A DNA stretch of 50,271 nucleotides from an uncultured Candidatus Saccharibacteria bacterium. Lineage in GTDB: Bacteria; Patescibacteriota; Minisyncoccia; Phycocordibacterales; UBA918. Positions 1 through 7,276 of this stretch are shown here, in pieces (the first letter of the stretch is position 1; every line of letters begins with the position of its first letter). Both the position numbers and the translations under genes were made by a program. The DNA lies in contig CAYGLK010000001.1 in NCBI GenBank assembly GCA_964350985.1, positions 1 to 50,271 on the forward strand, in the 5' to 3' direction. The notes under the pieces were generated by a model. That model worked only from the letters and a program-made list of their open reading frames with translations, did not search any database and was not told the DNA's origin.

Positions 1-52
1 AAGTCGTAACAAGGCACGGCTAGCGGAAGCTGGTCGTGGATTAATTCCAATT
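1..52 (+). rRNA. rrs: 16S rRNA, 3'-terminal ~50 nt (gene body lies upstream of the window)
   Basis: AAGTCGTAACAAGG at 1-14 (universal 1492 region). Helix-45 hairpin 15-38 (CACGGCUAG / C-GGAA-G loop / CUGGUCGUG). Tail reads GAUUAAUUCCAA where GAUCACCUCCUUA is expected. Exact mature 3' end cannot be fixed from sequence. Confidence 0.85.
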
Positions 53-255
53 GGATACGTCGGATTATAGGGGTGACCCTATAACTTCACGGCTAATTGG
101 TCGATGTTATGTGCCTCAATTGAGCACATAACGAGGAATGACACTAATCCTCTAAAATGGTGTCAGACTCCAGGGAAAGACCGGACTTTAGAATAAGACA
201 AAAGAGCGTATTCCATCATTGATGGAACCTCCTTTTGCAAATTTTTGCATACGTC
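53..255 (+). other. Hairpin-rich 16S 3' trailer (or intervening sequence) containing ACCUCCUUUU at 227-236
   Basis: Consecutive stems: 65-84 (GUGA loop), 106-114/124-132, 139-165, 211-227, 236-249. No ORF. Ends at a terminator. Confidence 0.5.
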
Positions 256-281
256 AAAAAACCGCCAATTGGCGGTTTTTT
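256..281 (+). terminator. Intrinsic terminator closing the 16S transcription unit
   Basis: AAAAAACCGCC-AATT-GGCGGTTTTTT; no 23S/5S follows. Confidence 0.7.
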
Positions 282-315
282 GCGTGGTTGAAATTTAAAC
301 TAAAGAAAAAGTATA

Positions 316-356
316 GAAAAAGCACAGCAAGTCTGAAAGACTTGCTGTGCTTTTTT
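316..356. terminator. Bidirectional hairpin terminator
   Basis: AGCACAGCAAGTC-TGAAA-GACTTGCTGTGCT (321-351) flanked by an A-run and a T-run. Lies just downstream of the minus-strand gene 383..640. Confidence 0.7.
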
Positions 357-382
357 GGTAGTCACACTACCCACTATTTAAT

Positions 383-640
383 TTAGTGTAAAGTTGGTTT
401 TTCTTCACTGTCATCTAAAATAAGTTCAATTCCATGTTTTTCTTGAGCCATCTTTACAGCCTGTAGTCTCAGTACTTTTGGCAATGATCTGTGTGCTGCC
501 ATTAATTTAAGGGCAGCAAGCTCTTCTTGCTTGTCTATAACTTCTTGATTGAGATCAAAGCCGTCACCATCTGGATTTGGCGTTAAAGCGTGTTCGTAAT
601 CCTGCTTAGCTGGTGGTGTATTAAAACTTTCTGCTCCCAT
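383..640 (-). CDS. Hypothetical acidic protein (85 aa)
   Basis: Complete ORF with a terminator immediately downstream; no motif recognised. Confidence 0.5.
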   Translation of the reverse strand: MGAESFNTPPAKQDYEHALTPNPDGDGFDLNQEVIDKQEELAALKLMAAHRSLPKVLRLQAVKMAQEKHGIELILDDSEEKPTLH

Positions 641-700
641 AAAATAAATTGAATTATGACTGATTAATTATCTCTATTATACAGCAGATTTGGTTTGAGT

Positions 701-731
701 GAAAAGGGTGACGGCTACGCCGTTACCCTTT
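701..731 (-). terminator. Intrinsic terminator of the pilin-like gene
   Basis: GGGTGACGGC-TAC-GCCGTTACCC with an A/T flank. On the minus strand the stem is followed by UUUU. Confidence 0.65.
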
Positions 732-761
732 AATATAAGCCATTTAGTTTACTGACACTTG

Positions 762-1310
762 TTAAGATCCACAGATTCTCTGAACGTCTGCTGTTGGTGG
801 TCCAGATGAATACTGTCTCTCACACCACTTTTCAATATAGTCTGGTCTTGAGGGAGCCTCTCCTCCTAGACCTGTACTATCAACTAAAAGATTAACAATC
901 CCGTAAAAGGCGATCAAAAAGACAAAAGCGGCAACTCCGTAGATAGCGAGAGCTTTGGCTTTTTTCTGACCTTCTTCATTTGAGCCGCCAAGAATAAAGT
1001 AACGAAAAACATTGATAACAAAAAACAGAAAAGCTAAACCAAAAAGGAAGGGAACTAGTGTTCCTAATACAAACTGGGTAGTGTTGACGATTAGTAGTTG
1101 AACACCTTGTTGTGAGGAGGTGTTTGAGTTTTGTCCAACTGATGGTGAGCCTTCTTCATACCCACCACGCGACTGGCAATCACCGCGGGAAATTATTATT
1201 TCAGATCCGTCAGGGAGTACGCAATTTACATTTTGAATTAGAGTTGATTGCGCAAAAGTGACAGACGGAAACAAGAAAGCAAAGACAAAGAGGGCAGTAA
1301 TATATTTCAT
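762..1310 (-). CDS. TrbC/VirB2-like type IV secretion pilin family protein (CPR-type)
   Basis: Signal peptide MKYITALFVFAFLFPSVTFAQ. Two hydrophobic helices are joined by the loop GGSNEEGQKKAKALAIYG, typical of conjugative-pilin-like proteins common in CPR. Start moved from the track's 1631 to ATG 1310 because of TATACT-N7-ATG and because the extension overlaps the + gene 1422..1694. Confidence 0.6.
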   Translation of the reverse strand: MKYITALFVFAFLFPSVTFAQSTLIQNVNCVLPDGSEIIISRGDCQSRGGYEEGSPSVGQNSNTSSQQGVQLLIVNTTQFVLGTLVPFLFGLAFLFFVINVFRYFILGGSNEEGQKKAKALAIYGVAAFVFLIAFYGIVNLLVDSTGLGGEAPSRPDYIEKWCERQYSSGPPTADVQRICGS

Positions 1311-1421
1311 ATTAGTTAGTATAGCGCACAAATAAAGACCGAAAAGAGGAAATAGACAGTTGACTTTTACCTTAATATGTGATATTATTAGGTTTGGATC
1401 AACGACCCCAAGGGAGGGGTT

Positions 1422-1694
1422 ATGAACAAGGTAATAGTATTTTTGTACGCGTTGGGAGTTGTTGGGTTGCTGGGGATTGGAATCTATCTTTCCCTGGACA
1501 CCCCGGTTGGCTATGCTGACCGCCAGACAGGCGTCTGTATTGCAGTCTGGGACAACAACAACGTCTTGGTACCGTGCGCAGGTGTCTACGACCTCCGCTA
1601 CGCGCCAAAGGGAGTCAAGACTCCAGAGCAATTGTCACTGCTCCTGGATGTGCCTGTTTCGAAAGAATTCAGACAGGCTCTCGCGCAGAAATGA
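1422..1694 (+). CDS. Small membrane/secreted protein (90 aa), GC-rich, SD-led
   Basis: GGGAGG at 1412-1417 upstream of the ATG, N-terminal hydrophobic helix, terminator at 1711-1746. G+C is 35/60 in line 1501-1560. Confidence 0.55.
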   Translation: MNKVIVFLYALGVVGLLGIGIYLSLDTPVGYADRQTGVCIAVWDNNNVLVPCAGVYDLRYAPKGVKTPEQLSLLLDVPVSKEFRQALAQK

Positions 1695-1710
1695 AGCACG
1701 CAAAACGTAC

Positions 1711-1746
1711 AAGCCGGTCGGTCTCATTCGAGACCGCCGGCTTTTC
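1711..1746 (+). terminator. Intrinsic terminator
   Basis: AAGCCGG(T)CGGTCTC-ATTC-GAGACCGCCGGCTT followed by a T-rich tract. Confidence 0.65.
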
Positions 1747-1822
1747 ACATTTCATTTTTTAAAATATCTTACCTAGGGTGACCCATTGTTTATAATTTAC
1801 TTTTTTGAATTTTAAATAAAAC

Positions 1823-1962
1823 AAAAACCCTCGAAATTTGTCGCTTGCGTAATTTGTGCGCGCTCTAGGGGTCGAACCTAGGACCTTTCGAGTATCAGTC
1901 GAATGCTCTAGCCAACTGAGCTAAGCGCGCACAAATTAAACAAACAAATTTCGAGGGTTTTT
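1823..1962 (-). repeat. Nested inverted repeats enclosing the tRNA (19-bp outer stem, 7-bp extension of the acceptor stem)
   Basis: 1823-1841 aaaaaccctcgaaatttgt is the exact reverse complement of 1944-1962. 1851-1863 aatttgtgcgcgc is the exact reverse complement of 1925-1937. Confidence 0.9.
1857..1930 (-). tRNA. tRNA-Ile (anticodon GAU), 74 nt, CCA not encoded
   Basis: Hand-folded cloverleaf: acceptor GCGCGCU/AGCGCGC, D-stem GCUC/GAGC, anticodon stem UUCGA/UCGAA with loop CUGAUAC, variable loop AGGUC, T-arm CUAGG-UUCGACC-CCUAG, discriminator A. Confidence 0.95.
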
Positions 1963-2214
1963 ACTTACTGGTTACTAAGGTTAAGATTTGCCAACTCCCT
2001 ATCGCCTCGTAAACATCGGCGATTCGCTATGCGATCGGGAAAATTACTAAACGTAATTTTCAGCTCGCGCGCACACGGGCTTCTATTCCTCACTTCCGCA
2101 AGTGCTCGCTACTATAGCAAATATATGTAAAAAATGTAAGGGTATTCAGGACAATAGACAAAACCACATTTTTGCATATACTGAGGTTTGTCTAGTCAGA
2201 GCGGAGGATGGGCC

Positions 2215-2442
2215 ATGTTTACATGGTTGCGAAACTTGTTTGCTCCAAAACGCCACAAGAAGGGAGACTTGTGGTTCTGCAAAACGACCGGTGATTTTCT
2301 GCCGCTCGAAAGGATGACAAAGTCGGGACGGCCTTACCTGCAAGGGATTGAGGGATCTCAAGATCCGAGATTCTTTCGGCCTGCCACGCCTGAAGAAATC
2401 AGTTCGCAAGAGGAAGGAAAGAACGCAAAGGCAGGCTGGTAA
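2215..2442 (+). CDS. Hypothetical protein (75 aa), GC-rich, SD-led
   Basis: GGAGGA at 2203-2208, 6 nt before ATG 2215 (in frame with the track ORF 2188..2442). Hairpin at 2469-2493 downstream. G+C is 32/60 in line 2281-2340. Confidence 0.45.
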   Translation: MFTWLRNLFAPKRHKKGDLWFCKTTGDFLPLERMTKSGRPYLQGIEGSQDPRFFRPATPEEISSQEEGKNAKAGW

Positions 2443-2468
2443 GCTCTGTCCGATCGGTCAAAACGGAA

Positions 2469-2493
2469 GAACCCCCGACTGTGTCGGGGGTTC
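2469..2493. terminator. Hairpin between convergent genes
   Basis: GAACCCCCGAC-TGT-GTCGGGGGTTC; T-tails are weak on both strands. Confidence 0.5.
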
Positions 2494-2509
2494 GTTAGTT
2501 CTATATAAT

Positions 2510-2704
2510 TTATGAAGGATCTATTCCGACAGCAGCTTCAACATTTTCTAAACGCTCTTCAAAACTTAGGTCGCTCGATTCTAGTCTTTCGATAGCATCA
2601 CTTGCTTCTACTGCTATCAGTCCAACAAAACCAGCAAAGCCAATACATAAGGTCCAAGCGATTGGGGTGAAATATTTATAGTGCTCTAATTTTTTTGGTT
2701 GCAT
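2510..2704 (-). CDS. Small membrane protein (64 aa)
   Basis: One hydrophobic helix (IAWTLCIGFAGFVGLIAV); TATACT-N10-ATG upstream. Confidence 0.55.
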   Translation of the reverse strand: MQPKKLEHYKYFTPIAWTLCIGFAGFVGLIAVEASDAIERLESSDLSFEERLENVEAAVGIDPS

Positions 2705-2802
2705 AAGTAGCTTAAGTATAGCAACAGTTTTAATCTTCTTTCTGTTTTTCCCCGCAGAAGGGACTTTTTGTTTTTGTAGGCCCTATAAGGTATGATTCTT
2801 TT

Positions 2803-5325
2803 ATGGATATTCAGGCTACTTCTCCAAAAAAAGCCACTATTTTTGAGTTTGTCTCGAGGCAATTTTTGCCTGAAACGAGCGAACTCGTTTTTACCTATAA
2901 GACTCATTTTAGTGATTCTGAATCGCTAGATTTTACCGAGAAAATAACTGCGCCTAGCTTAGGTTCTTTGTCTGCTTTACCAAACGATTTTGTTACGGCT
3001 ATCTTGGAAGACCTCCACCTTATTTTAGGAATTAGTTACTATAAGTTATTTTGCCCGGCACAATTTAAAACAGATATTAAACTTTCTCCAGAACAGACAA
3101 CTTTTTGGAACATCATCTACACTGAAGGCCTGAGTGAATTTTTGTATAAAAATAACTTAGCTAAAAAAGACATGGCGAAGTTTAGTCCTGAGTCAGACTA
3201 TCAGCGAACAGTTAGTTCAATTAAAACTGACTTAAAAAAGGTGTTGGTGGGGATCGGTGGCGGTAAAGACTCAATCGTCTCTCTAGAGTTACTGAAAGAT
3301 TACGATCGAACTGGATTTATTTTGGAGACTGGTAAGGAGTATAAGGTGGCTAGAGAAGTAGGAGAGATGGCTGGGGTAGAGCTTAGTCTCATGGAGCGTA
3401 CTTTAGACCCTAAGCTATACCAAGGGATAAAAGGTAGTTACGCTGGTCATTTACCAATCTCGATCGTCTATGCCTTCCTGGGTGTGCTTGAAGCTGCTAT
3501 AAAGCAACAAGCTTATGTAGTTGTCTCCAATGAATTTAGTAGTAGCTTTGGCACTATTGTAGAAAATGGAGAAGAGGTTAACCATCAGTGGAGTAAGTCG
3601 GAAGTCTTTGAGAAGCTTTTTCAAAATTATGTTAGTCAATCACTAACCACTGATATCAAATATTTCTCCCTTTTGCGTCCATTTTATGAACTGAGAATTG
3701 TTGAGCAATTTACTAAGTTGGGATCAAAATACTTTGAGACCTTCTCAAGTTGTAATCGCAACTTCGCTCATAGTCATGGTGGAGAGCGTTGGTGTTGTGA
3801 GTGTCCAAAGTGCGCCTTTGCTTTTTTACTCCTCTCAGCTTTTTTAAAGCCTGAAGAACTATTAAAAATATTCCCCAAGAATTTATTTACCGAAGAATCT
3901 CTAGTGCTGCTCTTTAAAGACTTACTTGGTTTTGGCACTATGAAGCCATTCGATTGTGTTGGAACCTTCGAAGAATCACAATTAGCTCTGTCGATGGCAA
4001 AAGCTAATTGGGGAGATACTCTGGTAGTTAAAGAGCTGACTCCGCTCTTAGACGCAGTCACTTTGTCTGACGAAGTCTTCAAGGTACAGCAAGCGAAGAC
4101 AGTACCTACAAAGTTTCGTTTTCTGGGAATGAACTCAGTTTTGATTTTGGGGTATGCTCGTGAAGGAAAGACAACCGAAGCATGGCTCAAGGCAAATATG
4201 CCTGAACTCAGGATCGGTATTGCTGATCAGGAGACTGATCAGGATTACTTAGAGAAACAACATGACTACGACCTGGTTATCAAGACTGCAGGTCTACCTG
4301 GAAGACTGATTACACGTCAGTATACAACTGCGACTAATATCTTCTTTAGCTTGGTCCCTACTAAAAATATTATTGGTATTACTGGTAGTAAAGGGAAGAG
4401 TACTACCGCTACTTTAGTTCATGAGATGCTGACTGCTGCCGGACATAAAGCGCGACTCCTAGGTAATATCGGAAAACCAATGCTAGAAAGTCTCTTGGGC
4501 GCACCAGTAGACTATGAAGAGCTTTGTGTGATTGAACTTTCAAGTTACCAGCTAGAAGACCTCGATGTCTCGCCACATATCGCTGTAGCTACTTCACTTT
4601 TTCCAGAACACTTGGACTACCATGGATCTCTCGCTCTTTATTATGACGCAAAGAAAAATATTTCTCGTTTCCAGAAAGCAGAAGATGTCTTTATCTACTC
4701 GCCAGAATTTCCTGAGCTAGTAGGATGGGCGGCAGAAAATCGGGGCACTAAAATAATTCCTGAAGATTTATCATTCAAGATAGAAAATAAGTCATTGCGT
4801 GGAGAGCATATGAAAGCAAATGTTGAATTGGCTTACAGTGTAGCGGAACATTTTGGAGTAACTTCTGCTCAAGCTGAAGCGGTGGTGAAAAGCTTTATCG
4901 GCCTACCACACCGCTTGATGCATGTAGGTACTTTCAGTGAGATTGAGTTTTACGACGACTCTATCTCGACAACACCTGAGTCAGCTATAGCGGCTATTAA
5001 AGCTCTTCAAAATGTTGATACTATTATTTTAGGTGGTGTCGACCGAGGGTATGATTTTTCAAGACTTGAAAAAATCTTGCGTGAGAAAAACGTTAGAAAT
5101 ATTGTCTTATTTCCTGAGAGCGGAGAACATATGTTGTCTTCAGAAGACGGCTTCAATGTCTTACATACAAGTTCACTAGATGAGGCAGTGGCTTTTGCTT
5201 ACGCTCACACTGAAAAAGGTAAGTCTTGCGTGCTGTCACCAGCCGCACCAAGCTACAACCTTTTTAAAAACTTTGAAGAAAGAGGAGAAACTTTTATTCA
5301 AGCGCTCAATAAATATGGAAAATAG
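2803..5325 (+). CDS. murD: Fusion protein: N-terminal PP-loop ATPase-like module (possible MurL-type epimerase) plus C-terminal UDP-MurNAc-L-Ala:Glu ligase (MurD)
   Basis: N-terminal ~435 aa contains GIGGGKDS (PP-loop SGGxDS-like) and CNRN..WCCECPKC. C-terminal ~400 aa has Mur ligase motifs IGITGSKGKSTT, ELSSYQLE, LPHR. TATGAT-N6-ATG start. Confidence 0.8.
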   Translation: MDIQATSPKKATIFEFVSRQFLPETSELVFTYKTHFSDSESLDFTEKITAPSLGSLSALPNDFVTAILEDLHLILGISYYKLFCPAQFKTDIKLSPEQTTFWNIIYTEGLSEFLYKNNLAKKDMAKFSPESDYQRTVSSIKTDLKKVLVGIGGGKDSIVSLELLKDYDRTGFILETGKEYKVAREVGEMAGVELSLMERTLDPKLYQGIKGSYAGHLPISIVYAFLGVLEAAIKQQAYVVVSNEFSSSFGTIVENGEEVNHQWSKSEVFEKLFQNYVSQSLTTDIKYFSLLRPFYELRIVEQFTKLGSKYFETFSSCNRNFAHSHGGERWCCECPKCAFAFLLLSAFLKPEELLKIFPKNLFTEESLVLLFKDLLGFGTMKPFDCVGTFEESQLALSMAKANWGDTLVVKELTPLLDAVTLSDEVFKVQQAKTVPTKFRFLGMNSVLILGYAREGKTTEAWLKANMPELRIGIADQETDQDYLEKQHDYDLVIKTAGLPGRLITRQYTTATNIFFSLVPTKNIIGITGSKGKSTTATLVHEMLTAAGHKARLLGNIGKPMLESLLGAPVDYEELCVIELSSYQLEDLDVSPHIAVATSLFPEHLDYHGSLALYYDAKKNISRFQKAEDVFIYSPEFPELVGWAAENRGTKIIPEDLSFKIENKSLRGEHMKANVELAYSVAEHFGVTSAQAEAVVKSFIGLPHRLMHVGTFSEIEFYDDSISTTPESAIAAIKALQNVDTIILGGVDRGYDFSRLEKILREKNVRNIVLFPESGEHMLSSEDGFNVLHTSSLDEAVAFAYAHTEKGKSCVLSPAAPSYNLFKNFEERGETFIQALNKYGK

Positions 5326-5893
5326 CAGATTGCAGAAAATGGAAGTAAGTTTCTTTGTCTCGGAGGAGCGAATGCATGATGGATTAATTATGCCCAGACT
5401 CGTTCATGAAAATTCGCTATTTTTTGTTAAGACAGGAAACGAAGATCTGACAGGTTACGATGGTGTATTAACGGAAAACACTAATCTAAAGCTTGGAATT
5501 ACCACAGCTGATTGCGCACCAGTGTGTTTTGCCGATAGTACTAAAATTGGTATTGTACATGCTGGGTGGAGAGGGCTTTGTCTCGGCATCCTTGAGAAGA
5601 TGTTGGCAAAATTTAATAGTGACGAAGTGGAGGTTTTTGTTGGACCCCTATTATTTTCTTTTGAGATTCAAAAAGACGCGTGTTTCAACGCTATTACAGC
5701 AAAATTTGGAGAAAAGTTCTTTACGTACGAGAAAGGGAAAATCATTTTTCATTTTAGAGAGGCAGTAGCGTCATGTCTCCCAGAGGGGGCAATCTTTGAT
5801 GAGCGTAATACCGGCACAGTCATCACACTTCCTAGCTACAGACGAGACAAAACCAACACCAGAATCGTTACTGTAGTACAATGTAAAAAATAG
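5315..5893 (+). CDS. pgeF: Peptidoglycan editing factor PgeF/YfiH (DUF152 laccase-domain) family
   Basis: Motifs GITTADCAPV and VHAGWRG. ATG 5315 overlaps the murD stop by 11 nt; alternative start at 5339. Confidence 0.75.
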   Translation: MENSRLQKMEVSFFVSEERMHDGLIMPRLVHENSLFFVKTGNEDLTGYDGVLTENTNLKLGITTADCAPVCFADSTKIGIVHAGWRGLCLGILEKMLAKFNSDEVEVFVGPLLFSFEIQKDACFNAITAKFGEKFFTYEKGKIIFHFREAVASCLPEGAIFDERNTGTVITLPSYRRDKTNTRIVTVVQCKK

Positions 5894-5894
5894 C

Positions 5895-7193
5895 ATGAAA
5901 CTCGCAAACGCTAAAAAAATTCATTTTATTGGTATTGGAGGCATTGGTATGTCTGCTCTGGCGCGGTTTTTTGTTCATGAAGGAAAAGAAGTCTCTGGTA
6001 GTGACCGGGAAAGTTCAATTATTACCGATAAGCTAGCCAACTTAGGGGTTGAGTTATTTTTTGAACAAGTAGCTGAGAATATAAAAGAAGATATTGATTT
6101 GATCGTCTACACCGAAGCAATGCCTGCAGATCATGAAGAAATGTTGGCAGCCAGAGCGCTTGGGGTGCCGATGATGAATTATTTTGCTGCTCTTGGAGTA
6201 GTTGCCAATCCTTACTACCTTATTGCTGTAGCTGGAACTCACGGCAAGACCACTACAACCGCTATGTTGGCTGATGTTTTTGAAGAAGCTGGTTTAGACC
6301 CAACAGTGATTGTGGGTTCACTGAGGAGTAAGACTGGCAGTAACTTTAGGTCTGGTAAAAGTAAGTACGCTATTGTTGAAGCTTGTGAATACAAGCGGGA
6401 CTTCTTATTTTTAGAACCGGATATTTTAGTGATTACTAACCTTGAATTAGACCACGTTGATTTTTATAAAGACTTGCGCGAAGTTCAAAAAGCTTTTCAT
6501 GAACTAGCTCTTAAGGTTCCAGAGTCTGGCTATATTGTGACTGACATCAGTGATCCAAATATCATAACGGTCTTGGAAGGAGTTAAAGCCACTGTCGTTG
6601 ATTCACGAAGTCAGATTGACTTAAAGCTCGCACTCAAACAACCAGGGATGCATAACCTGCTTAATGCAGCTAAAGCTAAAGCGGTAGCTGTAACTCTTGA
6701 GGTAGAAGAAAAAGTAGTAGTGGAAGCACTTGAGAATTTTGCTGGCACTTGGCGCCGATTTGAATATAAAGGAGACTTTGTAAATGAGTTTGGAAAAGTA
6801 CCAGTTTACGATGACTACGGACATCACCCAACCGAAATTGTAGCTACGATATCTGGAATGCGAGAGAAGTATCCAGACCGACACCTTACAGTTGTATTTC
6901 AGTCGCACTTATATACACGTACTCGAGAATTTTTTGATGGATTTGTTGAAGCGCTAACCAAAGCTGACCGAGTTATTATGTTGCCAATTTATCGAGCACG
7001 AAAAGAAGATACTAGTGGAGTAAGTGGGGAACAGTTGGTAGAAGCTATAAATAAATCTGGGACAGAAGCTTTTTATTTTGAGACTAATAGCGCTGCGGCA
7101 TTAAGCGTTAAAGATACTACTCCTAAAGATGGTGTTGTTTTGGTCATGGGGGCAGGAGATGTAACCGAAGTAGCCACCTTACTGACTTCTTAG
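5895..7193 (+). CDS. murC: UDP-N-acetylmuramate--L-alanine ligase
   Basis: IHFIGIGGIGMSALA N-terminus, GTHGKTTTT P-loop, DDYGHHPTE. Confidence 0.9.
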   Translation: MKLANAKKIHFIGIGGIGMSALARFFVHEGKEVSGSDRESSIITDKLANLGVELFFEQVAENIKEDIDLIVYTEAMPADHEEMLAARALGVPMMNYFAALGVVANPYYLIAVAGTHGKTTTTAMLADVFEEAGLDPTVIVGSLRSKTGSNFRSGKSKYAIVEACEYKRDFLFLEPDILVITNLELDHVDFYKDLREVQKAFHELALKVPESGYIVTDISDPNIITVLEGVKATVVDSRSQIDLKLALKQPGMHNLLNAAKAKAVAVTLEVEEKVVVEALENFAGTWRRFEYKGDFVNEFGKVPVYDDYGHHPTEIVATISGMREKYPDRHLTVVFQSHLYTRTREFFDGFVEALTKADRVIMLPIYRARKEDTSGVSGEQLVEAINKSGTEAFYFETNSAAALSVKDTTPKDGVVLVMGAGDVTEVATLLTS

Positions 7194-7211
7194 TATTCTC
7201 GAATTTTACTT

Positions 7212-7244
7212 GAAAAGCCGCCAGCCTTTTGCTAGCGGCTTTTC
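7212..7244 (+). terminator. Hairpin after murC (possible terminator)
   Basis: GAAAAGCCGC..GCGGCTTTTC, a 10-bp stem plus 3 inner pairs; weak T-tail. Confidence 0.45.
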
Positions 7245-7276
7245 AAATTATGGCGGCGTGCTAGGCTGTTTAGATT

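Noticed and set aside
1311-1776. N-terminal 107-codon extension of ORF 762..1631, plus ORFs 1420..1608(-), 1459..1776(+) and 1574..1762(+)
   Set aside because: The extension precedes an obvious signal peptide that starts at the ATG at 1310, which has its own TATACT-N7 promoter. The other ORFs are frames opened by local high G+C. The SD, N-terminal TM helix and terminator fit only 1422..1694(+).
53-1930. Reading the region after the 16S as a normal 16S-tRNA-Ile-23S spacer
   Set aside because: An intrinsic terminator follows at 256-281, protein genes on the opposite strand intervene, the tRNA-Ile is on the minus strand, and no 23S sequence appears anywhere in the window.
2102-2409. ORFs 2102..2317(+) and 2146..2409(-)
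   Set aside because: They are competing frames in a GC-rich patch. Only the frame of 2188..2442 has an SD (GGAGGA-N6-ATG at 2215) and a downstream hairpin. Even that call carries only moderate confidence.
3451-4190. Antisense ORFs inside housekeeping genes (3451..3639, 3774..4190, and likewise 6054..6242, 6621..6908, 7459..7668, 9619..9843, 9979..10308, 12005..12766, 15178..15447, 17314..17912, 30818..31252, 34832..35023, 35920..36120, 38090..38329, 38541..38801)
   Set aside because: Each is fully embedded antisense or out of frame in a longer ORF with clear family motifs, and none has its own promoter or terminator signals.
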